Shown: one piece after another, positions 1 to 10,381 of the stretch
Layout: each line of letters begins with the position of its first letter
How positions within the stretch are numbered: the first letter of the stretch is position 1
From: a virus
Length of the DNA stretch: 64,000 nt
IMG/VR virus record: IMGVR_UViG_3300020578_000037
Coordinates: 20,689 to 84,688 of that record
Direction: 5' to 3' (one strand)
Notes under the pieces: generated by a model
What the model saw: the letters and a program-made list of their open reading frames with translations, nothing else
Databases searched by the model: none
What the model was told of the DNA's origin: nothing
Made by a program: the position numbers and the translations under genes

Positions 1-607
1 AATGAAGTGGTAGCTGTCTAGGTGCTTCAAATAATTCAGCTATATACCTATTTTGTATTAATGTATGCTGTTCCAGGCAAATTGCGAATAATTTCTCGAG
101 ATTAGGTTTTAAAGTTCTCTCAACAAGCGAGCTATTAAATAAATCATAATTATACCACTGGTCATACTGTGGATCTCCTGTGTTATTTCTTCTAAATCTT
201 TGAGGAAATAAACCATGATGCGAAAGCCCTGCATCAATCCAATAAAAATATTCACTATTGAAAGGGTTGCTAGTGACCACTTCATTGAGCCAATCGGTCT
301 TCGAATACATAATTTCGTAGCATCTCATTGGCTCGAGTAAATTACTCGATTTAATTGGTTTCAATCTATCATATAGTTTGGTAGATTTAAGATCCAGTGG
401 TAATATTTTAATATTCTTATTGTGAGATGGCTCTAAAAACCTAGTAACTTTTGGTATGTGTTCTTCTGACGTATAAAGACATAAATTTACATCTGTATTC
501 AATATATTACGCAATGAATATAAGTAATGTAGTTCTCTAGACGTACGTCCGTTAAACTCTGTCTCGTATAAATCATAATATACGCATGAGATAAAGGTTA
601 CGCTCAT
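1..607 (-). CDS. WlaTC/HtrL(YibB)-family glycosyltransferase, 3'-truncated by the window edge
   Basis: Not in the ORF track. Manual translation from ATG at 607 gives MSVTFISCVYYDLY...RCYEIMYSKTDWLNEVVTSNPFNSEYFYWIDAGLSHHG; NPFxSxYFxWIDAG is typical of HtrL-like proteins. Confidence 0.7.
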   Translation of the reverse strand, partial: MSVTFISCVYYDLYETEFNGRTSRELHYLYSLRNILNTDVNLCLYTSEEHIPKVTRFLEPSHNKNIKILPLDLKSTKLYDRLKPIKSSNLLEPMRCYEIMYSKTDWLNEVVTSNPFNSEYFYWIDAGLSHHGLFPQRFRRNNTGDPQYDQWYNYDLFNSSLVERTLKPNLEKLFAICLEQHTLIQNRYIAELFEAPRQLPLH

Positions 608-619
608 TATATTATGAGT

Positions 620-1954
620 TTACCCGTCGTGGTTTAATATACCGGTAATAGGGTCTGCCCACCCCTTACTAATACTATGAGGCCATACAATCCAGCTATG
701 TGGCGGCTCTTCAATATTAAACTCTCTCCAAACCTTACAATACTTGTCAGGATCCGCAAACATTCTATCAATCTCACCTCTATCGGCATCTTTACGGTAA
801 ACATCATTACCGTTTTTATCCTTAAACGCTACGCACCAAAAATCATAGTCTTTCTCAGGTACTTGCTCGTATCTAATATCAATACAATGTTTAAAGATTC
901 TTAAGAAAGATTGCTCATATTCTTCCTTAGTCTTAAAATTATTAGGATTAGGCGCTAAATTATTATCCAGCGTAAATCTCTGCACTGCCCTTCTTTTAAA
1001 ATGAAGACCAGAGTAAGCCTCGTAATCAGAAACTGAACGTTCTGTACCAAACCCATACTTACCGAATTTAATTTTCTTGGTATTAGGATCCATTCCAAAG
1101 AGAATTCTATTTCTTTGATGTGAAAGTTTATTTAACTCATACCACTGCTTAACGTCGTCCCAATGCTTTGATCTACCGCGACGAGTATACTCATGCCAGG
1201 CAACAACAATGTGTGGATGGAAGAGATCGTAGCCGTGTGTGAATGACCTTACAGCTAAGTTAATCTCTTCTCCGTGAAAATAATAATAAGGATCATAAGG
1301 AACTTCCTTAATCCACTTACCTAGAGTAAAAATAAAATGGGCTGAAACAAAGCGAGAAGGTATTGGCTCGGATCTCTGCTTATAGTCATCTATTGATGCA
1401 GGGAGAAAAAATACTGCACCTTCAGGAATAAATCTATCAAAATTCATTTTCCAAGGAATCATAATACGTTCAGCAGGATCATTATCAGGATTGAAGCTAG
1501 AAATATAGCCTGTAAGCAAAGGCTTTTTATGTCCTTTATCTTGAAGCTGCTTTATCATATTAATGCACTTTTCATCCCAATCCTTTACAAACCTATGATG
1601 GCTATCAATCTGTAAATGATATTCTTCATCTTGATATTTGTCCTGTATCATACTACGGGCCCAGCATGTACCTTTGCTTTCCATACATGGAATGGGTATT
1701 ACCCTAAATCTTTTATCATCCGTAAATTCTGCTAACGTTTCAGTATCATCTCGCTGCCAGCAAATACCGAAAACTAGATTGTCAGGATTTTTAGCATTAG
1801 CGATACAATCTCTTATTGTAGGTAGTAACTGAGGATCGCGGTATGAAGCAATAGATATAAATATTTTATCACTTCCTGAAGACTTTTTAGTTGTCGATTT
1901 TGATTTAGTTAAAGATTTAGATACAGCTTTAGATTTAGTAATTTTTCTTTTCAC
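620..1954 (-). CDS. GT60-like UDP-GlcNAc:polypeptide/hydroxyproline GlcNAc transferase (Gnt1-like)
   Basis: Motifs IFISIASYRDP, QIDSHHRF (DxH), SAHFIF, VPYDP and FHGEE; GTG start. Confidence 0.85.
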   Translation of the reverse strand: MKRKITKSKAVSKSLTKSKSTTKKSSGSDKIFISIASYRDPQLLPTIRDCIANAKNPDNLVFGICWQRDDTETLAEFTDDKRFRVIPIPCMESKGTCWARSMIQDKYQDEEYHLQIDSHHRFVKDWDEKCINMIKQLQDKGHKKPLLTGYISSFNPDNDPAERIMIPWKMNFDRFIPEGAVFFLPASIDDYKQRSEPIPSRFVSAHFIFTLGKWIKEVPYDPYYYFHGEEINLAVRSFTHGYDLFHPHIVVAWHEYTRRGRSKHWDDVKQWYELNKLSHQRNRILFGMDPNTKKIKFGKYGFGTERSVSDYEAYSGLHFKRRAVQRFTLDNNLAPNPNNFKTKEEYEQSFLRIFKHCIDIRYEQVPEKDYDFWCVAFKDKNGNDVYRKDADRGEIDRMFADPDKYCKVWREFNIEEPPHSWIVWPHSISKGWADPITGILNHDG

Positions 1955-1960
1955 TAAATT

Positions 1961-1988
1961 ATTTTATTAGATAGTCAGCAAAAATCAA
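1961..1988 (-). promoter_or_regulatory. sigma70-like promoter of the GT60 gene (TTGATT-N16-TAAAAT-N6-GTG)
   Basis: Read directly; same geometry as nine other promoters in the window. Confidence 0.6.
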
Positions 1989-3766
1989 TAGTAGTAAATC
2001 GTTATAGTAACACTGACTATAGTACCTGAATCTCTAGGAGTAAAGTCTTCTATATATAATTTCCAAGTACCGTTAATATTTGCTGGTGTAGCATTATTAT
2101 ATACGCCTAAATTAGCAACATACGGCCCTGCAGGGCATCCATTTATCAGATCAAAGTCTACCTCACTAGATGCGGTAAATGGTTTAAATGTACCTGCTGA
2201 AGTACCATCCCATACTTGAGAAGCTAATTGATCGAAGGTAACTGTTATTGGCGTATCTCCTATTCCTTCTCCTGTATTATAAGAAAGCAAAGTAGCAACA
2301 CCTGCAGGTGAAACTAAAAGTATTCCTAAGTCTTCATTATAGCTATGAGTTAAATTATTAAGTGTAACAGTAATATTATATGCATTGCTAGGTACACCAG
2401 AGACATTAATATTAAGCGGGTAGGGAGTTGCTATACCGAAAGAGGGTATTGCAATACCACCGGTAGATGTAAATGAAAGAGCAGCTTTAGGTGACGGCGT
2501 CATAGTAGGTGTTGCGGTAGGCGTTCTAGTATTTGTCGGTGTAATAGTAGGGGTTCTAGTTACTGTTGGTGTAGAGGTGTTCGTAGGTGTACTCGTACGT
2601 GTAGGGCCAGGTGTTCTAGTCACTGTAGGAGTATTAGTGGGCGTTCTTGTATTTGTTGGTGTGTTAGTTGTTGTTCTTGTCACTGTAGGAGTGTTAGTGG
2701 GCGTTCTTGTAGTAGTAGGTGTGGGTGAAGGTGATCTTGTAAAAGTAGGTGTGTATGTAGGGGTAAAGGTATATGTAGGGGTAACGGATGGAGTTCTAGT
2801 GTATGTTGGTGTATTTGTTGGTGTTGGTGTGTTTGTAGGTGTCTCAGTAGGTGTACTAGTGTTTGTTGGGGTTATAGAAATTGTAGGGGTTAATGAAATT
2901 GTTGGTGTGTTTGTGGGTGTTTCTGAGGGTGTTAATGAAAGTGTAGGTGTAAGAGACGGTGAAACAGAAATAGTAGGTGTATTAGATGGTGTAGAAGTAT
3001 TTGTGGGTGTAATAGAAGGTGTTGGTGTGGGTGTCAGGAAAAATGCATTAGCGTTAATACTCTTTATAGCTAATACAGCTGCATTAATATCAGTTGGAAA
3101 GTTCATGGGACCAAAGCTATAACCAATAGCAGGAAATACTGTTGGTGATATAGAATAGTTTAATTTATGGTCTACTATATTAATGAACCTATCTTTTATC
3201 TTATGATCTATTACAACTCTAGTACCTAAATCGGTAATTCTGACTCTAAAAGTTCTAAATGACGGTAATGGTTCTTTAGATGGGTCTACATTAGGAGTGA
3301 TTGTTTTTGGTATTTGCCTGTAAAGCTGAAAGGGTTCTGAAAAAGCAGAACTAGATAATGATTCTGTTCTATATAGGGGGTAGAAATCTTGTGATGTACC
3401 GCCTCTTAAAGTAATAGTGTTAGGTAAGGGCGATGCAAATCCACTTATAGTAGGTGTAAGGTTGGTTGAACCAAACTCACCGGTAGAATCGAAACCTATA
3501 GCAAGCTGACAATTTTGCGATCCTTGAAAATCTACTGTAGAAGCTCCTGTTAATGCTCTTAACCCTGCTACACCTAGAGCAGGCCCCGGGCCGCCTCCAG
3601 CAAGCTCTTTATTAGCATCAACAAAAAATAAGCTAAATCCATAATAACCTGATAGAGCATATCCAAAAAAAGCATACTCAAAAGTGACTATAAAATCTTT
3701 AGAAGTGTCTATGGTTTCATAGAAATATAATACTGATGATTTATCTAATGTAGAGAGTGTATACAT
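1985..3766 (-). CDS. Putative virion/receptor-binding protein: L-type lectin-like domain, Thr/Pro mucin-like stalk, proprotein-convertase P-domain
   Basis: N-terminal GFSLFF...[11 protein letters not shown]; about 180 aa of TPT(N/R)T repeats; C-terminal [18 protein letters not shown]...[10 protein letters not shown]; last gene of the baseplate run. Confidence 0.7.
   Translation of the reverse strand: MYTLSTLDKSSVLYFYETIDTSKDFIVTFEYAFFGYALSGYYGFSLFFVDANKELAGGGPGPALGVAGLRALTGASTVDFQGSQNCQLAIGFDSTGEFGSTNLTPTISGFASPLPNTITLRGGTSQDFYPLYRTESLSSSAFSEPFQLYRQIPKTITPNVDPSKEPLPSFRTFRVRITDLGTRVVIDHKIKDRFINIVDHKLNYSISPTVFPAIGYSFGPMNFPTDINAAVLAIKSINANAFFLTPTPTPSITPTNTSTPSNTPTISVSPSLTPTLSLTPSETPTNTPTISLTPTISITPTNTSTPTETPTNTPTPTNTPTYTRTPSVTPTYTFTPTYTPTFTRSPSPTPTTTRTPTNTPTVTRTTTNTPTNTRTPTNTPTVTRTPGPTRTSTPTNTSTPTVTRTPTITPTNTRTPTATPTMTPSPKAALSFTSTGGIAIPSFGIATPYPLNINVSGVPSNAYNITVTLNNLTHSYNEDLGILLVSPAGVATLLSYNTGEGIGDTPITVTFDQLASQVWDGTSAGTFKPFTASSEVDFDLINGCPAGPYVANLGVYNNATPANINGTWKLYIEDFTPRDSGTIVSVTITIYYY
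2490..3036 (-). repeat. Low-complexity coding repeat (Thr-Pro-Thr units)
   Basis: Imperfect gtaggtgt/gttggtgt units; near-identical 38-mers at 2613-2650 and 2673-2710 (60 bp period). Confidence 0.9.
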
Positions 3767-3767
3767 A

Positions 3768-6700
3768 TTAAGAATAAGGTTTAAAAATGAATACTCCTTT
3801 TTGAGTATCTAATTCTCCTGGAGGAGCATAACCGTTAAATGTAAATATATTTTTATCTAAATACTCGCCAGATACAACTGCGGCAAAATTAGAAAAGTTA
3901 GTACTATTTACATCGGTAACTAATTTATACATGGAATTATTAATATTAGTTATTTTACCGTTTATATATTTAAAGTACGTTTTAAAAATATAAAATATTT
4001 CTGAAATATCTTTGCCAAGATAACTAATACAGTAGGTACCTGTTTCATTATCGAAATTGAGTAGTGGTTTCTCTATTTCTACTATATTAACATTAATATT
4101 CTTTTCTAATAATGAGAAGTCTTTTAAATCATAATAGGTTAATTTTTCAGTATCAATAAGAGGATATAGTTTAGTGGTCTTAAGTGTATCTACATCTAGA
4201 GAGTAAATTTCAGGATATATCATTTTATAGTTTGTAGCACTAAGATCATAAAAAATAACGGTTTTACAGAAAATAAAATTATTTTCAGTCTCATTAAACC
4301 AAACTGTTGAGAATTTTTCAAAATTAGAATATATTCCTTTTAAGAAATAAGAATCGTTAGCGACAACACTCTTTATTTGGTTTGTATCGTAGTCAAACTG
4401 TATTTTTACAAAAGCTAGATAGTTAATAGTCTCAAATTGTATTACATCATATACAACATCAAAATTAATAATATTGTTATTAATTTCATTAGCTACTTCA
4501 TCATTATATCTTGCAATAACCCCGCTTAATGCTGTAGAAAGTGGTAATATAATAGAAGAATTAGAATTTCTATAATACATATCTCCTAATTCTTTAAATT
4601 TAGAATCAAATAACGATTTCTTTTTATCTAAACCAGTAATTCCTTCAATAACGGTTGTTTCTCTTAATGGTACTTTGTAATTTAGAAAATTATTGTCCTC
4701 GACATAAGATACGTTGAAGTCTAATCCGTTAGCGCACGGTGATACGCCATTAATAGTATAAACATACCCGTTAACTTGGTTAACAGCAGAATATGGAGGC
4801 ACGTACGTAAATATTGCGGGGTTAACATAAGAAGGTCTATAATTGGCATCATAAGGAGTGGCGCCTGCGTCTACTAAAATAGAATAATAAACTAAGATAT
4901 CTTTTGTGAAATCAGGGCTGTCTGATGGAAAATCTACTAAAAGTGTACTATCAGCAGATACAAAAGTTGTACCGTCGTATTCAGAGCATATATATTCATC
5001 TTTTATAATTGCATCACAAAAAGTTTCTGGCTGCATTCTATATGAAATTACAGGATCAATAGATCCTGATAAGAAAAATCTGGGTATGCCTAGATTATAA
5101 GAAGAAGGGTTAGCAAAATATCCTGATCCCGGGGGTATATTAAGTGTGGTTTTTAATGTAACGCCTGAATAGCCGAGATTATCATTAATCACATCGTAGT
5201 TAAATTTAAATCCTGATATAGGGTCAAAAAATAAATGCCCATCTAATGCAAGGCATTTAAGAATATCTAGCTCATTATTATTACGCACATTTGTTAACGC
5301 TTTTTGAGGATTAATATCTTTAAATAAGATATATTCATTGCCGTAAATATCGTTTTTATATTGTACAACGGTTTTAAATTTTGATAAAAGCTTTTCATTT
5401 CTTAAATCTATAGGTAGTTCATTCTGTGGTATAGCTGGGTATATATCAGCGTTAGCCCAAATGTTTCTAATATCAGTTTTAAAAAATTCTTGCGGATCTG
5501 TATATCTTATTACTCCCTGAACTGCAGTATTTAGCGTCTGGTCTCTGCTTTCATATCCTCTAAAAGTTTGATAGTAAGAATGTGTGGTCGGATCACCAAA
5601 TTTAAACTGATTTGAGAAATCTGTTTTTAAAAAATAGCTTAATTCATAGAAATCTATTGGAGTAAAAAATTCTTCTTCTGTAAGCCCAGATACATTACCG
5701 TATTTCTTAGGATCAGGAAAAATATATATCGTGTTTTCTTTGAGTTTAGTTGTGTCGATCTTGTATCTTAATCCAAAATTATTAAAAACGGATAGGCCTA
5801 TTTTATCAGGCTTAAAGAATAATCCTATTTCTTTTGCAGTTTTTATATATTCGGTACTCGGTACTGCAGCTACTGAAGGGTACCTTTTATTTAAATAATT
5901 AGCAAAATCATTATTAGCGGAAAAAAGCATTCCGGAAAGTATTTCGCTGCTTGTCGAGCCTGTAGATACGTAATAAAAATCAGTACCTATAAATTTTTCA
6001 ATACCTGTTTTAATTAAATTTAGATTTAAATTTTCCTGTACTTCTGTGTTTACAGTATTAATAAAATTGCTATCTTTTAGATAATTTAATTGTGATGGGG
6101 TTAGCTGAGGATCAATAGAAAAATTATTATTACCTAGCTCTAGCAAAAAGAACGGATATGAAGATATAGCAGTGACTATACTTTGATTGAAATTTAAAAA
6201 TAAAGTGGGGTCGATATCATATTGATTGAAACTGAACATATCATTTCGTTCCCCTACGCTAACATCATAAGCTGACGCGGGTTTACTTGGGCTTATATCT
6301 AGATAGTTGGTATAAGTGTCGTATAAGTCCTCTACATCAATAATAAGATTGTTTTTTAAAGCGGACAAATCTAAGTTTAATGTACGGGTTAGTTCTGTGA
6401 GGTCATCTGTCTCTAAGCTCTTAGATATTTCATTATAAATCAATTTACCTATGCCAAAATTAGATCCTTTTAAATTATATCTAGTTGTAGCAGATTTTGT
6501 ATCGTCGCGTAATGTACTGTAATACAAACAGATATCTTTTATTTTTTTTGCAAAAAACGGTATAGCTATAGCTAGGTCTCTATTATTAGTATAATCGAGA
6601 TTTTTTAAAAATCTTTTTTCTTCTAATGATGTAAAAGACAATACAATTTCATTGATAAGAGATGTGTATAATAGCTTAGACGTATCTACTTGATCTTTTT

Positions 6701-6908
6701 TAGATAAATTTTTTACTTCATACCAATTGTTTAAGTAAGACTGATATCTATTTAAAAAGTCATCAGCATTAGTAAAAAGGTTGGTGTTATATTTTAGCCA
6801 CTCTTGAAAAGTTAATGGTGAATTAGCATCTACCGGATTATTTGGCTTTTCAAAGGATGTTATTGAAACAGATAATCTTTCATCAATAAATCTGCTAGAA
6901 TTTGACAT
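3768..6908 (-). CDS. Large virion structural protein, possibly baseplate wedge (gp7-like N-terminus)
   Basis: 1046 aa, in the baseplate operon; late box TTAAATA 5 nt before ATG; N-terminal LYY...LKGS resembles the wedge KGT motif (weak). Confidence 0.5.
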   Translation of the reverse strand: MSNSSRFIDERLSVSITSFEKPNNPVDANSPLTFQEWLKYNTNLFTNADDFLNRYQSYLNNWYEVKNLSKKDQVDTSKLLYTSLINEIVLSFTSLEEKRFLKNLDYTNNRDLAIAIPFFAKKIKDICLYYSTLRDDTKSATTRYNLKGSNFGIGKLIYNEISKSLETDDLTELTRTLNLDLSALKNNLIIDVEDLYDTYTNYLDISPSKPASAYDVSVGERNDMFSFNQYDIDPTLFLNFNQSIVTAISSYPFFLLELGNNNFSIDPQLTPSQLNYLKDSNFINTVNTEVQENLNLNLIKTGIEKFIGTDFYYVSTGSTSSEILSGMLFSANNDFANYLNKRYPSVAAVPSTEYIKTAKEIGLFFKPDKIGLSVFNNFGLRYKIDTTKLKENTIYIFPDPKKYGNVSGLTEEEFFTPIDFYELSYFLKTDFSNQFKFGDPTTHSYYQTFRGYESRDQTLNTAVQGVIRYTDPQEFFKTDIRNIWANADIYPAIPQNELPIDLRNEKLLSKFKTVVQYKNDIYGNEYILFKDINPQKALTNVRNNNELDILKCLALDGHLFFDPISGFKFNYDVINDNLGYSGVTLKTTLNIPPGSGYFANPSSYNLGIPRFFLSGSIDPVISYRMQPETFCDAIIKDEYICSEYDGTTFVSADSTLLVDFPSDSPDFTKDILVYYSILVDAGATPYDANYRPSYVNPAIFTYVPPYSAVNQVNGYVYTINGVSPCANGLDFNVSYVEDNNFLNYKVPLRETTVIEGITGLDKKKSLFDSKFKELGDMYYRNSNSSIILPLSTALSGVIARYNDEVANEINNNIINFDVVYDVIQFETINYLAFVKIQFDYDTNQIKSVVANDSYFLKGIYSNFEKFSTVWFNETENNFIFCKTVIFYDLSATNYKMIYPEIYSLDVDTLKTTKLYPLIDTEKLTYYDLKDFSLLEKNINVNIVEIEKPLLNFDNETGTYCISYLGKDISEIFYIFKTYFKYINGKITNINNSMYKLVTDVNSTNFSNFAAVVSGEYLDKNIFTFNGYAPPGELDTQKGVFIFKPYS

Positions 6909-6916
6909 GTAAGTAT

Positions 6917-9900
6917 TTAATTGTTATATACTATGTTACTACCACTAAGAAACAGGCGTAATCCTTTAGTAAGCTCGTAGCTAATCATATTTTGCATAAT
7001 ACCGTTGTCTTCTGACCAGTTCTTAAAAGAACTGTTATTAAACTGAAGCGTGGTCATTTTATTATTCCAATCAATAATATTGTTAAAAATTGTGTTGTCG
7101 GGTACATAAACGTATTCATAAAACTTATAATAATCAGAAATTTCACTACCAGATAGTTTATTAGGAGCAATTAATCCCCATCCCCAATCATAACTATAGC
7201 TCGAAAGAGGAATTAATGTATTATATGGTGTAGGGGTATTACCTTTATAAATTAAATCTGTATTAACAAGTTTATAGATATCTGAAAATACTTCGTACGC
7301 GACTAACGGAACACCTGAAGATATTGAACTAGTTAATGTATTGAGCTCTGTACCTATATTAACTGGATTAGTTACTGTACCTAAGCTATTGTTAAAAGCT
7401 TCTGCAAATTTATTTGTATCGCCCCATAGATTTTTGTGCTTAATAGATAATAAGTTAACCAATCTCGTTAACTGTGGAGGAAATGGATAGTTATATTGCT
7501 CAAATTGAATAGAAAGTTCATTACAAAATGAAACTAGTTGATCTAAGTTACATTTATCAATATCAGAATTATTATTAACATAGTTTGCTATTTTTTCATA
7601 AATAGTTTTTCCTAATTCATAAGGTTGTGCACTTACATTACCTACAATAGTCCCCAAGAAGTCATCAAAAAATCTATTTTTATCTTCTAAAGATTCAGTA
7701 AAAATAAGTGACTTGTAAAATTCTTGAGCGTTAAAATCTTCATTTACTTTAGAAATATTATACTCTCCGGAAGTAGGATATATGTTAAACGGTGTAGATT
7801 GACCAGATATAGTTCTTGTTATTGTATTAGTATTTACATACTTGTTGACCCATCTTCCGCCTAACCAGTCGCCGTATGCCTGGAAGAGCTTATCTTCAAA
7901 TGTTGATAATTCATTAACTGTAATATTAGGAAAAGCGAGGTCTACATTAGGTAATAAGTTTGCTCCGGTTACAGAAGGTAAGGTAGTATCTATAAAATAC
8001 ATTTTTTTATTAAAATTGTTTATTACCCAAACGAAATCGGAAGAATCGCAAGCTATGCCGCCTATACTGCCGATATAGTTTGTAAAGTTTCCTGATCCGC
8101 CTATAAAGTTTGTTATAGCTCCAGTACCGCCATCAATTCTTGTAAGTGTATCACGATTCTGCACAACCCAAGCGTTTTGCTTACCGTCTACAGTAATATT
8201 ACCTATTAATCTAAAACCAGTCTTCGGATACCCGGGTATTAAATTACCGTTTGAATCAAATTTATAAAGATAATCATCTCTCCCGGTTAAAGTCTTTACA
8301 TTTGTTTTACTTAAATTATATGCTGTTATCCAAACAAATTTATTTCTATCTACACATATCTCTACCGGCGATATAAGTGTAGGGAAAGGAATAACTTTTA
8401 ATAAAGTACCGTAAGGGTCATACTTTACAACAAAATTTGATATAGGGTGTGTATAAGAGACCCATACATTATTCTGTACATCTGTTTCTACTGATGAAGG
8501 TAAAAGTATATTTTCACCCGCAAATCCGCTTAAAGAAGGTATATTATAATCAGAACTAAGAGCATATACTATATTACTCACGTTAGGGTAGGCTACAGAT
8601 TTAATGTAGCCATCGATTGCATCAATTTTTATAGCTGATACAGAGTCAAAAAGTGCTATCCATACATCGCCATTACCATCCATCGCCATACTACCGGGTG
8701 CAGCGCTTTCGAGTTCAGGTGACAATAGATTAGTAGATACAATACCTGTATTAGTAAGCAGAGGATATGAAGAAAGTGAGAATGATGATAATAGTGCTCC
8801 ATTAACATCAAACTTAATTAGAGTATCGTTAGTACCATCAGCAAACCACGTAGTATATTCATCACCTTTGCCTGAACCGGAGGTAGAAACTTGAATAGAA
8901 TATACATTTCTATTTTGTCTTGCATCAAAGTATTTGTTGGATGCAGATATAGATAATGTTAAGAAACCAGGACAAAAGCTATATATTTGCTGTCTGAAAA
9001 ATCTTAATAATAAATTGTATTGTGGTACTGCTATCCAGCCGACTAGAGTATCTTTTGGAAATGAAATAGGGTCTTCTATTACCATAGAAGCTGTTAAAAT
9101 ACAATTTGTAGTAGGTTCGTTAACAGTAAAATACCCTTTATAAAATGCTCCTATCGATTGAGGAATTTCGTCATTAAAATCCTCATAAAATTTTACGCCA
9201 GTGACAGGAGATAATATATTATTTTCGTTTTTAGCTATTCCTATTTTTAAATTATAACCTGTAGGTGGTTGCACGTACGTAACGACAGATGAAGAGGAAA
9301 GAGGTGGATATGTTTTTGTTGTATAGTTCTCATCATCCTTCATTCTAATAACAAACGGAATTTCAGTGTTTTGCCAGCTTATAACTGGCATATTAAAATT
9401 AGTTGCAGAAAGAGCGCCTTCACCATCGATACCATTGCTAGTGATTGATAATGATTGAGCTGGGTTATGTCTTACTTTGATTATAGGCATTACTGCTGGT
9501 TTTAAATTTTGAAAACCAAATTCCGTATATGGAATATATTCATAAGAATTATTATAAAGTGTATATTTGTCATTAAATTTAGAATTATCAAAAGATGCAA
9601 AAATAAAGATTGGTGCGTCGCGTGATGTGTAGTTTTTAGCTGCATCATCAACATAGTAAAAACTAGCGGACCCTGTAGTACCACAAAAAACACTACCTTC
9701 ATCATCTTTACCACAGATTTCTATTTTTTTATTTTGGTTTATTCTTGCGTAAATTTCTGTATTAGAAGTTACTACTCTATCTACTGTTACTAATTCAAAA
9801 TTATCCCCTATTTGTTGAAGTTGATAGAATCTACTTAATGCTCTTAAATGGGACCATTTATCACTTTGAGCTATATTAACATCTAAGTATTCACCATAAG

Positions 9901-10381
9901 CACCAGAAGCATATAAAAATAATGTATATCCTGATCCGCTCAATGCATTGTAAGATTGCCAACTGTTATGTCTTTTTATAATGAGCGGGTCAACTATTTT
10001 GCTAGCAGGAACATCATATATAAATTTTGTATAGTCTTCAAATAATAATTGATCATATATAAAATCGTAAATCTGCACTGTAGGTGAAAAAGAGCTATCA
10101 TATGCATTGCCGTTTTTACCAAATACAGTTAATTTTACAGTGTAATTTCCAGGCCATTTATATTGATGTACGGGAGAAAATGTATTGGATGTTTCACCGT
10201 CACCGAAATCCCAAAATACCTTTTTGTTAGATAAATCATCAGTTTTAAATAATTCTGCGCCTTCTAAAACAGGTGTAAATTTTAAAGGAGTATTGCTTAA
10301 TGTATAGGAAGACAATGTCCTGGTATTAGAATAGTCTCGTATATCAAAATATACGTATGTGTAATTAACACTCTGAGCCAT
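6917..10381 (-). CDS. Baseplate-associated protein with PKD domain and NHL/Vgb-like beta-propeller
   Basis: WDFGDG...PVHQYKWPGNYTVKLTV (PKD); repeated DxxxxVW propeller blades; follows gp6 with a TAATG overlap. Confidence 0.7.
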   Translation of the reverse strand: MAQSVNYTYVYFDIRDYSNTRTLSSYTLSNTPLKFTPVLEGAELFKTDDLSNKKVFWDFGDGETSNTFSPVHQYKWPGNYTVKLTVFGKNGNAYDSSFSPTVQIYDFIYDQLLFEDYTKFIYDVPASKIVDPLIIKRHNSWQSYNALSGSGYTLFLYASGAYGEYLDVNIAQSDKWSHLRALSRFYQLQQIGDNFELVTVDRVVTSNTEIYARINQNKKIEICGKDDEGSVFCGTTGSASFYYVDDAAKNYTSRDAPIFIFASFDNSKFNDKYTLYNNSYEYIPYTEFGFQNLKPAVMPIIKVRHNPAQSLSITSNGIDGEGALSATNFNMPVISWQNTEIPFVIRMKDDENYTTKTYPPLSSSSVVTYVQPPTGYNLKIGIAKNENNILSPVTGVKFYEDFNDEIPQSIGAFYKGYFTVNEPTTNCILTASMVIEDPISFPKDTLVGWIAVPQYNLLLRFFRQQIYSFCPGFLTLSISASNKYFDARQNRNVYSIQVSTSGSGKGDEYTTWFADGTNDTLIKFDVNGALLSSFSLSSYPLLTNTGIVSTNLLSPELESAAPGSMAMDGNGDVWIALFDSVSAIKIDAIDGYIKSVAYPNVSNIVYALSSDYNIPSLSGFAGENILLPSSVETDVQNNVWVSYTHPISNFVVKYDPYGTLLKVIPFPTLISPVEICVDRNKFVWITAYNLSKTNVKTLTGRDDYLYKFDSNGNLIPGYPKTGFRLIGNITVDGKQNAWVVQNRDTLTRIDGGTGAITNFIGGSGNFTNYIGSIGGIACDSSDFVWVINNFNKKMYFIDTTLPSVTGANLLPNVDLAFPNITVNELSTFEDKLFQAYGDWLGGRWVNKYVNTNTITRTISGQSTPFNIYPTSGEYNISKVNEDFNAQEFYKSLIFTESLEDKNRFFDDFLGTIVGNVSAQPYELGKTIYEKIANYVNNNSDIDKCNLDQLVSFCNELSIQFEQYNYPFPPQLTRLVNLLSIKHKNLWGDTNKFAEAFNNSLGTVTNPVNIGTELNTLTSSISSGVPLVAYEVFSDIYKLVNTDLIYKGNTPTPYNTLIPLSSYSYDWGWGLIAPNKLSGSEISDYYKFYEYVYVPDNTIFNNIIDWNNKMTTLQFNNSSFKNWSEDNGIMQNMISYELTKGLRLFLSGSNIVYNN

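Noticed and set aside
2490-3036. Possible CRISPR-like or DGR repeat array
   Set aside because: Repeats are in-frame, degenerate at third positions and have no unique spacers; no cas or reverse transcriptase gene is present.
2577-3122. 181-aa Val/Gly-rich plus-strand ORF that looks like a membrane protein
   Set aside because: Antisense shadow of the Thr/Pro repeat codons.
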